From NCBI RefSeq assembly GCF_051903065.1, contig NZ_CP178438.1: DNA of 64,000 nt; one strand, given 5' to 3'. Below the pieces are notes generated by a model. It did no database searches, had not been told where the DNA came from, and saw nothing but the letters and a program-made list of their open reading frames with translations. Shown here piece by piece: positions 1 through 10,701 of this stretch. Both the position numbers and the translations under genes were made by a program. Source of the DNA: Escherichia coli (GTDB taxonomy: Bacteria > Pseudomonadota > Gammaproteobacteria > Enterobacterales > Enterobacteriaceae). The first letter of the stretch is position 1; every line of letters starts with the position of its first letter.

Positions 1-359
1 TGACAGTGTTGACCAGCATGGAAGCCAGCGACCTGGCCGATCTTGGCGTGACACTGTCACCTGCAGATTATGCAGAACGTCTGGCGGCACTGACGCAAAA
101 ATGTGGCCTTGATGGTGTGGTGTGTTCTGCTCAGGAAGCCGTGCGCTTTAAACAGGTATTCGGTCAGGAGTTCAAACTGGTTACACCGGGCATTCGTCCG
201 CAGGGGAGTGAAGCAGGTGACCAGCGCCGCATTATGACGCCAGAACAGGCGTTGGCGGCTGGTGTTGATTATATGGTGATTGGTCGCCCGGTAACGCAAT
301 CGGTAGATCCAGCGCAGACGCTGAAAGCGATCAACGCCTCTTTACAGCGGAGTGCATGA
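1..359 (+). CDS. pyrF: Orotidine 5'-phosphate decarboxylase, C-terminal part (5' end lies outside the window)
   Basis: ORF 6..359 open to the window edge; C-terminal sequence (...[12 protein letters not shown]...) recognised as PyrF; stop overlaps yciH start. Confidence 0.85.
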   Translation, partial: TVLTSMEASDLADLGVTLSPADYAERLAALTQKCGLDGVVCSAQEAVRFKQVFGQEFKLVTPGIRPQGSEAGDQRRIMTPEQALAAGVDYMVIGRPVTQSVDPAQTLKAINASLQRSA

Positions 360-685
360 TGAGTGATTCCAACAGCCGTCTGGTCTACTCAACAGAAACC
401 GGGCGTATTGATGAGCCCAAAGCGGCCCCAGTACGCCCTAAAGGCGATGGTGTGGTGCGTATTCAGCGTCAGACCAGTGGACGTAAAGGTAAGGGCGTTT
501 GCCTGATTACCGGTATCGATCTCGATGATGCCGAACTGACAAAACTTGCAGCGGAACTGAAGAAAAAATGCGGCTGCGGCGGAGCAGTTAAAGATGGAGT
601 TATTGAAATCCAGGGCGATAAGCGTGATTTATTAAAATCACTACTTGAAGCGAAAGGGATGAAGGTAAAACTCGCAGGCGGTTAA
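356..685 (+). CDS. yciH: Sui1-family translation initiation factor homolog
   Basis: 109-aa ORF, ATGA overlap with pyrF stop; sequence recognised as YciH. Confidence 0.85.
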   Translation: MMSDSNSRLVYSTETGRIDEPKAAPVRPKGDGVVRIQRQTSGRKGKGVCLITGIDLDDAELTKLAAELKKKCGCGGAVKDGVIEIQGDKRDLLKSLLEAKGMKVKLAGG

Positions 686-691
686 CATAAA

Positions 692-718
692 AAGCCACGG
701 ATATATCCGTGGCTTTCG
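692..718. terminator. GC-rich hairpin (agccacgg-N6-ccgtggct) followed by T-run, between convergent yciH and osmB
   Basis: Inverted repeat read directly in sequence just after the yciH stop. Confidence 0.6.
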
Positions 719-810
719 AATATTTTACTGTGTGTATTATTCAGTTATTTCGTACTGAACAGAATCAAGCGTATTATAATTGCGAGTCGATAATCGACAT
801 TTATTTACGA

Positions 811-1029
811 TTATTTACCGACCTGGTGACCAATAACACCACCGACAGCTGCGCCGCCTAATGTACCCAACGTACTGCCATCGGTCAGTACTGCACCGCC
901 TAATGCCCCTGCACCCGCGCCGATTGCGGTGTTGCGGTCCCGTTTAGACCAGTTAGAACAGGCACTCAGAGACATTGCCAGGGTAATTGCCAGAACAGCC
1001 GCGGTCATTTTTTTGCTCGTTACAAACAT
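811..1029 (-). CDS. osmB: Osmotically inducible lipoprotein B
   Basis: 72-aa ORF with lipoprotein signal (LSAC) and Gly-rich mature region; recognised as OsmB. Confidence 0.85.
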   Translation of the reverse strand: MFVTSKKMTAAVLAITLAMSLSACSNWSKRDRNTAIGAGAGALGGAVLTDGSTLGTLGGAAVGGVIGHQVGK

Positions 1030-1290
1030 AATACTCTCTCCTGAATTTATGATTCACGGAAGTAAGCTCTCTATAACTATAATAGCTAAGAATAAGCCTG
1101 GTGAAATTATTCCGTGAAATCCGCTCGCGCGCAGGGTTATATCACGCAGGTGATAATGACTTCCTGTTATATCGCTGATAATAATTTTATATCTTGAGAG
1201 TGTTAATAACAGGTAAATAGTCTTAATTATCAACCAGGAATCATCTTAGAGCGGATGATTTGTCAAACTGCAAATGGTAATGACTCCAAC

Positions 1291-1794
1291 TTATTGATAG
1301 TGTTTTATGTTCAGATAATGCCCGATGACTTTGTCATGCAGCTCCACCGATTTTGAGAACGACAGCGACTTCCGTCCCAGCCGTGCCAGGTGCTGCCTCA
1401 GATTCAGGTTATGCCGCTCAATTCGCTGCGTATATCGCTTGCTGATTACGTGCAGCTTTCCCTTCAGGCGGGATTCATACAGCGGCCAGCCATCCGTCAT
1501 CCATATCACCACGTCAAAGGGTGACAGCAGGCTCATAAGACGCCCCAGCGTCGCCATAGTGCGTTCACCGAATACGTGCGCAACAACCGTCTTCCGGAGC
1601 CTGTCATACGCGTAAAACAGCCAGCGCTGGCGCGATTTAGCCCCGACATAGCCCCACTGTTCGTCCATTTCCGCGCAGACGATGACGTCACTGCCCGGCT
1701 GTATGCGCGAGGTTACCGACTGCGGCCTGAGTTTTTTAAGTGACGTAAAATCGTGTTGAGGCCAACGCCCATAATGCGGGCTGTTGCCCGGCAT
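1291..1794 (-). CDS. insB: IS1 InsB (expressed as InsAB' transposase by -1 frameshift)
   Basis: 167-aa ORF identical to IS1 InsB; overlaps insA in the -1 frame. Confidence 0.95.
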
Positions 1795-1988
1795 CCAACG
1801 CCATTCATGGCCATATCAATGATTTTCTGGTGCGTACCGGGTTGAGAAGCGGTGTAAGTGAACTGCAGTTGCCATGTTTTACGGCAGTGAGAGCAGAGAT
1901 AGCGCTGATGTCCGGCGGTGCTTTTGCCGTTACGCACCACCCCGTCAGTAGCTGAACAGGAGGGACAGCTGATAGAAACAGAAGCCAC
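1713..1988 (-). CDS. insA: IS1 InsA
   Basis: 91-aa ORF identical to IS1 InsA ([22 protein letters not shown]...). Confidence 0.95.
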
Positions 1989-2072
1989 TGGAGCACCTCA
2001 AAAACACCATCATACACTAAATCAGTAAGTTGGCAGCATCACCCTGCAAATCATCCGTAGAGAGGGAAATGG

Positions 2073-2822
2073 TTAAATGTCAACGACGTGAACGGTGAGT
2101 TTACTGTGCTCAAGATGCATCAGATCGCTGGCGCGTATTTTCGAATCGGTAATCACGCGATTGAATCGCTCAACGGGACCGATGGAGTATGAATGTACAG
2201 CACCAAATTTCGAGCTGTCAGTCAGGACTATCGCTTCGCACTCTTTTTCCAGCACGGCATTCACCACATCGGTACGCATCATATCGCGACCGGTGAATCC
2301 AGTTTCAGGTTGCCAGCCATCAATACCAATAAATGCTTTGCTGAAATGTACCTGTTGGATGCACTGGCGTGTCAACGGGCCAACCATACTTTCGCTTTTT
2401 TTCTGGTACACGCCACCGAGCAAAATAACTTCACAAGGCGCGTCTTTCAGCAAATGCGCGATGTAGCTGCTGACCGTGATGATAGTGACATTTTTCTTCT
2501 GCTCCCCCAGAGTCCGGGCGAGCAGGGCATTGCTGCTGCCATTTTCGATAAAGATGGTTTCGCCCGGTTGAACCAGTGACGCGGCAAACTCGGCGAGTTC
2601 ACGCTTCAGCGTATAGTTGCTCATCATACGGGTTTCGACGTCATCACTATCAAGCGAAACTGCAAAGCCATGTGCACGGCGGAGGTAACTCAGTTTTTCG
2701 AGGGTGTTGAGATCCTGGCGAATGGTAACTTCAGAAACTCCAGTGGCTTTTGCCAGATCGGTTACGCTAACCTGACCCTGGTCAATGACCATCTGTAGAA
2801 TAGTTTGTTGTCGGGAATTCAT
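2073..2822 (-). CDS. yciT: DeoR-family transcriptional regulator
   Basis: 249-aa ORF with N-terminal HTH and DeoR-type C-terminal domain; recognised as YciT. Confidence 0.85.
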   Translation of the reverse strand: MNSRQQTILQMVIDQGQVSVTDLAKATGVSEVTIRQDLNTLEKLSYLRRAHGFAVSLDSDDVETRMMSNYTLKRELAEFAASLVQPGETIFIENGSSNALLARTLGEQKKNVTIITVSSYIAHLLKDAPCEVILLGGVYQKKSESMVGPLTRQCIQQVHFSKAFIGIDGWQPETGFTGRDMMRTDVVNAVLEKECEAIVLTDSSKFGAVHSYSIGPVERFNRVITDSKIRASDLMHLEHSKLTVHVVDI

Positions 2823-2911
2823 CGCTGTAATTCTTATAACGTTATAATACTAAATAAAAAAATACTGACGCGCCGGGCATCCTCAAATAGGAAAACCTGA
2901 AGGCACGATTG

Positions 2912-3085
2912 TTAAATCTCCCAAGGTGCCTTCGGGATGTCTGGCGTAGATTCAGCAACCTGGCGCAAGAGTTCTGCTTTAAGTATCTCGAGATTATGGA
3001 TCGCAGAGTGGTAATCGCCTGCCACAAGGATATCTAACACAATATCAATACGTTCGGCAACGCGCTGGGCATCAAATTCAGACAT
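2912..3085 (-). CDS. yciZ: Small UPF0509-family protein
   Basis: ORF 2912..3094; start chosen at the internal Met ([14 protein letters not shown]...) from memory of K-12 YciZ (57 aa). Confidence 0.7.
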
Positions 3086-3232
3086 CAAGGACATCCTTAT
3101 AGCAAAAGGGGGAAAATGAATAATGCAAAAATTGCCGCTAAAAGAGAAGTGTTTAACAGCAACGGCTAATTATCATCCGGGAATACGATATATAATGACG
3201 GAATATAGCGCTAAGTATATATATTCATCTAC

Positions 3233-5218
3233 TTATGCGCGCTTCAGATAGCGTTTATACCAGCGTTCGAAGGCGACGGCGGGCATCGGTTTGGCAAACA
3301 AAAATCCTTGCCGCTCATTGATCCCATTCTTGGTTAAAAAAGCATCTTCCTTTGCACTCTCTACACCTTCGGCGATCACCTGAAGATTCAATGCCTGGGC
3401 CACAGCGACGATTGCCCGAACCAGTGACTGCGAGACAGGTTGTTTGTGAATATCTCGAACAAAAACCTGGTCAAGTTTGATGGCATCGATCGGAAAGCGC
3501 GCCAGTTGCGAAAGTGAAGAGTAGCCGGTACCAAAATCATCCAGATGCACTTGCGCACCTAGTTGGCTAAATTGTTGAATAACAGACAGTGCCAGTTCAT
3601 CATTCTCAATCAGACAACTCTCTGTCAATTCAACATCAATAGGGCAGTATTCAAAATTGAGTTCCTGGAGAACCTGTTTCAGGGCGGTGAAAATGGTTTG
3701 ATCGGCGAGCTGACGTGCAGAAATGTTTACCGCCACTCGCAGGTTAATGCCTTTATCCCGCCACTTCGCCACCTGGCGTACGACATCGAGAATCACCCAA
3801 CGGCCTAAAGGCACAATTAGCCCTGACTCTTCTGCGTAGGAAATGAAGTCCAACGGTGGAATCAACCCACGTTCAGGTGACTGCCAACGTACTAGTGCTT
3901 CCAGACTGCGCACTTCGCCACGCCAGGTGATTTTTGGTTGATAGTGAATAACCAACTGATCGTTTTCCAGTGCTTTACGCAAGTTGGTATCCAGCCAGAG
4001 ATATTCAAATACCCGTTGATTCATTTCTGGGGTAAAAACGCAAAATTGTCCTCGTCCGCCTTCCTTTGCTGTGTACATTGCTGTGTCGGCGTGACGAATA
4101 ATAGCCGCGCTGTCCGAACCATGTTCGGGAGAGAGTGCAATACCTACTGAACAGCTGGTATAAACTTCAATTAAACCAATGCGAAAGGGGAGCCGTAAGC
4201 GGGTCAAAATTCGTGATGCCATTGCTTCCAGCGCGCTTTGTGAGGTGTTGGATGCCAGTACCAGAAACTCATCGCCACCTGGACGCGCCAACACCTGGTC
4301 ATGTTCGAGACAGCTTAAAATAGCCAATGACACGTCGCGTAATAACTGGTCACCAAACAAATGCCCATAGGCGTCGTTGACCTTTTTAAAATTATCCAAA
4401 TCAAGATACACGACCCCAACTTTATTGTTATCTGCCTGATTAATAGCGTGATCGATTAACTCCTGCATTGCGTTACGATTCGGCAGTCCGGTGATACTGT
4501 CGGTATTTGCCAGAATACGCAGTCGTTCCTGAGCGCGGCGCTCTTCGGTAATGTCGGTGCCGGAACAGATTAAAAAAATCTCGTTTTTGCCACTGCCGCT
4601 GTGGACAAATTTATTGCGAAACAGAAACAGCCGCTGGCCTTTACGTGTTGGTATCCACAGTTCGACTTCATATGCATTGCCGCTTCGAAAAAATACACGG
4701 TTATTGCGCCTGGATGCCGCAGCTTCACGACGGCTCATAAACAGTTTAAACACGCTTTGCCCAATGACGTCGTGTTCGTTCAACCCTGTGTAATCTTCAC
4801 ATAACCGATTGAAGCGTTGGATATTCCCCCGGCTGTCGAGAATCACTATTGCGGAATGTGCTTCAGAAACTACCTGCTCAGCAAAGGAAAGTCCGTGTGA
4901 TAAATCACGAGCAACTGCTGGTGTGTCATGCCATGCAGACGCGTTGCCAGCCCATTCCCGTTTATTGATTTTTCGTCCTACCAGATGCACAGAAAGATCG
5001 CTCTCATCGACGGTCAGACTCATCATCAGGCTGGAGGTGATGACCGTCATTTCCCTGATGCGAGCAGCCTGTTCAGCAGATAACTGCAACGTACGTTCAG
5101 GTTCTGTGGTTTCGGTGGTAGAAAAGCGCAAAACATCGCTGCTTTCCGTCAACCGCCAGTATGGATTGTGCGATCCGAGAAAGTTGTACAACGTTGTGGA
5201 CTCCCTAACGGTTTTCAT
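3233..5218 (-). CDS. pdeR: Cyclic-di-GMP phosphodiesterase (PAS-GGDEF-EAL)
   Basis: 661-aa ORF; GGDEF-like and EAL-type domain signatures in the translation; recognised as PdeR/Gmr (YciR). Confidence 0.9.
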   Translation of the reverse strand: MKTVRESTTLYNFLGSHNPYWRLTESSDVLRFSTTETTEPERTLQLSAEQAARIREMTVITSSLMMSLTVDESDLSVHLVGRKINKREWAGNASAWHDTPAVARDLSHGLSFAEQVVSEAHSAIVILDSRGNIQRFNRLCEDYTGLNEHDVIGQSVFKLFMSRREAAASRRNNRVFFRSGNAYEVELWIPTRKGQRLFLFRNKFVHSGSGKNEIFLICSGTDITEERRAQERLRILANTDSITGLPNRNAMQELIDHAINQADNNKVGVVYLDLDNFKKVNDAYGHLFGDQLLRDVSLAILSCLEHDQVLARPGGDEFLVLASNTSQSALEAMASRILTRLRLPFRIGLIEVYTSCSVGIALSPEHGSDSAAIIRHADTAMYTAKEGGRGQFCVFTPEMNQRVFEYLWLDTNLRKALENDQLVIHYQPKITWRGEVRSLEALVRWQSPERGLIPPLDFISYAEESGLIVPLGRWVILDVVRQVAKWRDKGINLRVAVNISARQLADQTIFTALKQVLQELNFEYCPIDVELTESCLIENDELALSVIQQFSQLGAQVHLDDFGTGYSSLSQLARFPIDAIKLDQVFVRDIHKQPVSQSLVRAIVAVAQALNLQVIAEGVESAKEDAFLTKNGINERQGFLFAKPMPAVAFERWYKRYLKRA

Positions 5219-5452
5219 GATGCATATCCTCCGGTTAACAGCGGAGTCCGCGGTTAAATAAAAGGAACAACATGACTTACATGAAATTAACGGCGGCTAA
5301 ACACATTGTTTTTTTTATATATTTATTTGTAATCTAGTTTTGGAAAAACGCCAGTTTTCAAACGAAAGTCAGTTAAAAAACTGCCGGGATATGATGAAGG
5401 TAGAGCGGGGAAATAAACGGCCCATTCATAAGGAATGGGCCGTGAAAGGAGA

Positions 5453-7387
5453 TTACGCGACCGGGCGCGCAATAATGCTGCGGGTTTCCATGCGGACTTC
5501 GGCAATGGTGACGTCAATAACGTCAGTTACTTTATAAACCGTTTCACCTTTAATTTGTACGGTGCCGTTTTCCTGGCTGCAAACCAGTTCATCGCGCACA
5601 GCGTGTAAGAAAGGTGCCGGAATAAAGGCGATAGCGCCGTTATCAACCAAACGAACACGCATGCCGCCACGGCTGATATCGACAATTTCCGCTGCGAAAC
5701 GGGTGTCGGTCCCGGCTTTGTCTTTCAGGAAGCGTGCGTATAACCAGTCACCAACATCACGTTCTGCCATCCGGTTGAGACGGCGACGCTCGGCCATTTG
5801 GACAGTGATTTCATCCTGTGGACGCGTCGCAGTTTCACCTTTGATAACCGCTTTCAGCAGACGGTGGTTGATCATGTCGCCATATTTACGGATCGGCGAA
5901 GTCCAGGTGGCGTATGCCTCCAGACCGAGGCCAAAGTGAGGACCGGGTTCAGTGCTAATTTCAGCAAATGACTGGAAGCGACGAATGCGGCTGTCGAGGA
6001 AACCAGTTGGTTGCGCGTCCAGTTCACGACGCAGTTTGCAGAAACCGTCCAGCGTGAGCACTTCTTCGGCATCGACATGCAGACCGTGCGTTTTCAGCAA
6101 CGCTGCCAGCGCGTCGGCATTCGCCGGATCAAAGCCCATATGCACGTTATAGATGCCAAAACCGAGCTTATCGCGCAGTACGCGGGCCGCACAAATATTA
6201 GCGGCGATCATCGCTTCTTCGACGATACGGTTGGCAATGCGACGAGGCTCGGCGACGATATCCAGCACTTCACCTTTTTCACCGAGAATAAAGCGGTAAT
6301 CCGGGCGATCTTTAAACACCAGTGCGTGGTTATGACGCCACTCGCCGCGTCGTTGGCAAATTTGCGCTAGCAAACGGACTTGTTCGGCAATTGCTTCACT
6401 TTCAGGCTGCCAGTCACCGGTATTTTCCAGCCAGTCAGAAACCTGGTCATACACCAGCTTCGCTTTGGATTCGATGGTGGCGGCAAAGAATTCGATATTA
6501 TCTTCAATGGTGCCATCAGCGGAGAGCGTCATGCGGCATGCCAGTACCGGACGGACTTCATTGGCGCGCAGTGAGCAGAGATCGTCAGAAAGCTCGCGAG
6601 GAAGCATAGGGATGTTGAAGCCAGGCAGATAGTTGGTGAATGCGCGAATTTTCGCGGCTTTGTCCAGCTTGCTGCCTTCAGCAATCCACGCGGTTGGATC
6701 GGCAATCGCCACAATCAGCTGAAGTTTGTCATCCGGCAACGCCTTAGCGAAAAGGGCGTCATCCATATCTTCTGTGCTGGCACTGTCGATGGTGACAAAA
6801 TCCAGCGCGGTCAGATCTTCACGAACCAGACCTTCATCGAGCATTTCGGTAGCGACGCCGTCTGGTGCTTCTTTTTCCAGATTATGGCGCGCAAGTGTAA
6901 CCCACCACGGTACAAAGTGGTCGTCACCAAAAGTGATGTATTGTGTCAGTTCAGCATAGAAAGAACGATCGCCTTTCAGCGGATGACGGCGCATTTCGGC
7001 AACCGCCCAGTCGCCTTCTTTAAACTCGTGGTTCAGGCCACGGGCTGCGCGGCAAGGAATGGCGTCTTTTAAGAGTGGATGATCAGGAACGATGGCCAGA
7101 CGGTCATTTTTGCCCTGAACTTTACCCACGAAACGAGTCAGGAACGGTTCAACCAGTTCTTCTGGCTCTGCGGATTCACGTTCTTTTTCACTGTGGATCA
7201 CCGCGATAATTCGGTCGCCATGCATGACTTTTTTCATCTGCGGCGGCGGAATGAAATAACTTTTTTGCGCGTCGACTTCCAGGAAGCCAAAGCCTTTTTC
7301 TGTGGCTTTTACCACCCCTTCAGCGCGTGGCGTCTGGGAATGCAGTTGCTGTTTAAGCTGCGCTAGCAGCGGGTTGTCCTGAAACAT
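5453..7387 (-). CDS. rnb: Exoribonuclease II
   Basis: 644-aa ORF recognised as RNase II (RNB catalytic domain, C-terminal S1 domain). Confidence 0.9.
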
Positions 7388-7454
7388 AATTGTCTATTTT
7401 GGTGGCCATTAGAGCGGCTGACAGTTTTACGCGAATCTGTCTGACGCGGCAAGG

Positions 7455-8582
7455 TTAATATGTCTCACCCAACGCGATTTTTAAGCGATTTATCCAGCCA
7501 CACAGCCCGCTCCATACCAGCAGATTAATAATCTGCGTTGATGATTTTTCGTGTTCGAGTAAAGGGCTGAACTGGGCGGCGCTAAAGCGATCGGGTGCTC
7601 GGGTCAGCCATTGTATCGCCTGAACGGTAGCGCGCTCAACAGAATGACGGTCAGCCCATTGGTTAATTTCATTTTCGCCCTTGCGCAGAAGGGTGCTGAT
7701 TTTTTTATATTCATTTGATGAATCCATACAGGTGGCAAAACAAGCAGGACTGCCATTTATACGCGCGCATAACAACGCCGCAAGCTGATTATCCGGCTGT
7801 GTATTGACCCGTGTGCTGTTTAACAACTTTTCGAGAAGGGAAAGTGAAATAGGGTGGAGAGAGAGTATTTCGGCCAGTTGGCAAAGTTCTGCAGTTGAAC
7901 TTTTTGTGTGCTCTTCAGGTAGTTTTTCCACCTCATAGCTGCTTCGCCAGCGTAATGATTCATCAGCAAACAGTGACGCGTCGGCGTAGTTTTGTATCTC
8001 CAGCCCGGGTAACCAGCGTACCGGATGCCCGAGATAAGCCTGAAATGTCGCAATTGTCCGCGCCTGAAAGCCAATAAAACCAATGATTTGGTTAATGATC
8101 ACACAGTCCCAGGCAGTAAGACCGACGTCATTCAGATGCTGGCGCGATCGGTTGTCGATAATAGAAGGCGAGCTAGCCAGTTGGCGGGCATATTGCGTGA
8201 TTTGTGCCAACCGATGATTACTTTCCCTGGTGGAATCAGGCCCGGGGAGCGGCGTAAGTCGCGCCGAATAGTAGTTACATAACCGCTGGACGCCGCAAAC
8301 CTGAGCAACCGTCAGGGCCGTCGACAAGCGTTCATAAGCGGTGAAGGTCTGTGAACGGGTCACGGTAAGCTGGTCAGGGAACAAATCCACTGCAAGAACA
8401 CGCGCAGGGTCCAGCCATGAAAGGAAGGGGGCCAGCGTTTCTTTTTCAAGGATCACGTCGAGTAGAAAGGGATCGCTGACCTTTGCGGCTTCCGGGACCA
8501 GAGGCAGAACGTCATACTCCGTAGTACTGGATTGCGTTTCATGATACCAGTGGCTTTTGCCGGTGATGTGGCGTTGTTCCAT
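7455..8582 (-). CDS. yciW: Uncharacterised protein YciW
   Basis: ORF 7455..8660 (401 aa); start probably at the internal Met ([10 protein letters not shown]...) giving about 375 aa as in K-12; start uncertain. Confidence 0.7.
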   Translation of the reverse strand: MEQRHITGKSHWYHETQSSTTEYDVLPLVPEAAKVSDPFLLDVILEKETLAPFLSWLDPARVLAVDLFPDQLTVTRSQTFTAYERLSTALTVAQVCGVQRLCNYYSARLTPLPGPDSTRESNHRLAQITQYARQLASSPSIIDNRSRQHLNDVGLTAWDCVIINQIIGFIGFQARTIATFQAYLGHPVRWLPGLEIQNYADASLFADESLRWRSSYEVEKLPEEHTKSSTAELCQLAEILSLHPISLSLLEKLLNSTRVNTQPDNQLAALLCARINGSPACFATCMDSSNEYKKISTLLRKGENEINQWADRHSVERATVQAIQWLTRAPDRFSAAQFSPLLEHEKSSTQIINLLVWSGLCGWINRLKIALGETY

Positions 8583-8725
8583 GGGCGCTCCTTGGTCGTA
8601 AAGGAAATCGTTATCCTGACGCAAGGCGGGAAGGGGAGAAAGACGGATCGGCGATAACAAATATCAGAAAGGTATAACAGAGATAACGGGCGGCACAACG
8701 CCGCCCATCTTTACCAACAGAACGA

Positions 8726-9514
8726 TTATTTCAGTTCGAGTTCGTTCATTGCAGCAATGCTGAAACCGCCGTCAACGTGGACCACTTCACCGGAGATACC
8801 GGCAGAGAGATCGGAGCACAGGAATGCCGCAGAGTTACCCACATCTTCAATAGTAACGGTACGGCGAATCGGGGTAACGGCTTCGCAATGAGCCAGCATT
8901 TTGCGGAAGTCTTTGATGCCGGAGGCCGCCAGAGTACGGATCGGACCAGCAGAGATGGCGTTAACACGCACACCTTCCGGACCCATCGCGTTCGCCATAT
9001 AGCGCACGTTCGCTTCCAGAGACGCTTTTGCCAGACCCATAACGTTGTAGTTCGGGATAGCGCGCTCAGCGCCAAGGTAGGAAAGGGTCAGCAGGGCAGA
9101 ACCCGGATTCAGCATGGAGCGGCAAGCTTTTGCCATTGCAACGAAGCTGTAGGAGCTGATGTCGTGAGCAATTTTGAAGCCTTCACGGGTAACGGCGTTA
9201 ACATAGTCACCATCCAGCTGATCGCCAGGTGCAAAACCAATAGAGTGTACGAAACCGTCAAATTTCGGCCAAACTTTCCCCAGTTCAGCGAACATGGTGT
9301 CGATGCTGGCATCTTCGGCAACATCGCACTGCAGAACGATGTCAGAACCCAATTGAGCGGCAAATTCTTCTACGCGGCCTTTCAGTTTGTCGTTCTGGTA
9401 GGTGAATGCCAGTTCAGCTCCTTCGCGGTGCATCGCCTGAGCGATACCGTAGGCGATGGACAGTTTGCTGGCAACACCGGTTACCAGAATGCGCTTACCG
9501 GAAAGAAAACCCAT
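8726..9514 (-). CDS. fabI: Enoyl-[acyl-carrier-protein] reductase (NADH)
   Basis: 262-aa [43 protein letters not shown]... recognised as FabI. Confidence 0.95.
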
Positions 9515-9949
9515 AGCTTTAATCCTTATTGTTGATGCTTGTTTGCCTGAAAATCAGGCGATTCGTCGTTTTAGTAAACAGTACGAACAGATAAACGGTT
9601 ATTATAATCAACCTGGCTGTGGGTGGCTATAGTTGCGCTTTCTGTACCGGAGAGAAGCTGCGGTACAGAGCATTTTGCGTTATCTACTCTTGACGCCTGC
9701 AAGGGGTAGGTTGGGGAAATATCTTATAGAATCTGACTATGAAACTATTCGTATTAGCTCCGATAAGTTTGATGATGAAAACAGAACTGGCGACAACAAG
9801 TAGCTGCCTTTCTGATGAATTTACCCCAACTTAATATTGTCAACTATCTTCACAGAATCTCCACAATCTCTTCATTATCAGAATATGCACCATGGGTGAT
9901 GCTGCCAACTTACTGATTTAGTGTATGATGGTGTTTTTGAGGTGCTCCA

Positions 9950-10225
9950 GTGGCTTCTGTTTCTATCAGCTGTCCCTCCTGTTCAGCTACTGACGGGGTG
10001 GTGCGTAACGGCAAAAGCACCGCCGGACATCAGCGCTATCTCTGCTCTCACTGCCGTAAAACATGGCAACTGCAGTTCACTTACACCGCTTCTCAACCCG
10101 GTACGCACCAGAAAATCATTGATATGGCCATGAATGGCGTTGGATGCCGGGCAACAGCCCGCATTATGGGCGTTGGCCTCAACACGATTTTACGTCACTT
10201 AAAAAACTCAGGCCGCAGTCGGTAA
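9950..10225 (+). CDS. insA: IS1 InsA
   Basis: Identical 91-aa InsA. Confidence 0.95.
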
Positions 10226-10647
10226 CCTCGCGCATACAGCCGGGCAGTGACGTCATCGTCTGCGCGGAAATGGACGAACAGTGGGGCTATGTCGGGGCTA
10301 AATCGCGCCAGCGCTGGCTGTTTTACGCGTATGACAGGCTCCGGAAGACGGTTGTTGCGCACGTATTCGGTGAACGCACTATGGCGACGCTGGGGCGTCT
10401 TATGAGCCTGCTGTCACCCTTTGACGTGGTGATATGGATGACGGATGGCTGGCCGCTGTATGAATCCCGCCTGAAGGGAAAGCTGCACGTAATCAGCAAG
10501 CGATATACGCAGCGAATTGAGCGGCATAACCTGAATCTGAGGCAGCACCTGGCACGGCTGGGACGGAAGTCGCTGTCGTTCTCAAAATCGGTGGAGCTGC
10601 ATGACAAAGTCATCGGGCATTATCTGAACATAAAACACTATCAATAA
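10144..10647 (+). CDS. insB: IS1 InsB (InsAB' by -1 frameshift at the A6C motif near 10200..10207)
   Basis: Identical 167-aa InsB; ttaaaaaactc slippery run present. Confidence 0.95.
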
Positions 10648-10701
10648 GTTGGAGTCATTACCAAAAGCCAGTCAGACAGCGCAGTTGTTCGTATAAAAGA
10701 T

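Larger units (their letters stand above)
1276..2043 (-). mobile_element. IS1 insertion sequence, copy 1 (768 bp)
   Basis: Both canonical IS1 termini present (ggtaatgactccaac... / ...gttggcagcatcacc); 8-bp direct repeat ctgcaaat at 1268..1275 and 2044..2051 consistent with a target-site duplication. Confidence 0.95.
9895..10662 (+). mobile_element. IS1 insertion sequence, copy 2 (768 bp), inverted relative to copy 1
   Basis: Canonical IS1 ends (ggtgatgctgccaactt... / ...ggagtcattacc); flanking 9-mers differ (tgcaccatg vs aaaagccag), so no target-site duplication. Confidence 0.95.

Noticed and set aside
1067-1080. 14-bp exact repeat CTCTATAACTATAA upstream of osmB, also at about 21047..21060 upstream of sapA
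   Set aside because: A single exact 14-mer repeat is within chance expectation for a 64-kb AT-biased intergenic background; no extended similarity around it.
1805-2017. 70-aa ORF inside IS1 (also 9921..10133 in copy 2)
   Set aside because: Alternative-frame ORF overlapping insA within IS1; not a recognised IS1 product beyond InsA/InsB as far as I know.
8777-9535. 252-aa ORF on the + strand antisense to fabI, and similar long antisense ORFs (for example 38698..39450 inside ycjQ, 27299..27757 inside puuC, 40228..40674)
   Set aside because: They lie entirely within well-supported genes on the opposite strand and show low-complexity, Arg/Ala-rich translations typical of shadow ORFs in GC-rich coding sequence.
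9739-9834. 31-codon ORF (MKLFVLAPISLMMKTELATTSSCLSDEFTPT) between fabI and IS1 copy 2
   Set aside because: No ribosome-binding site or other support; too short to call from sequence alone.
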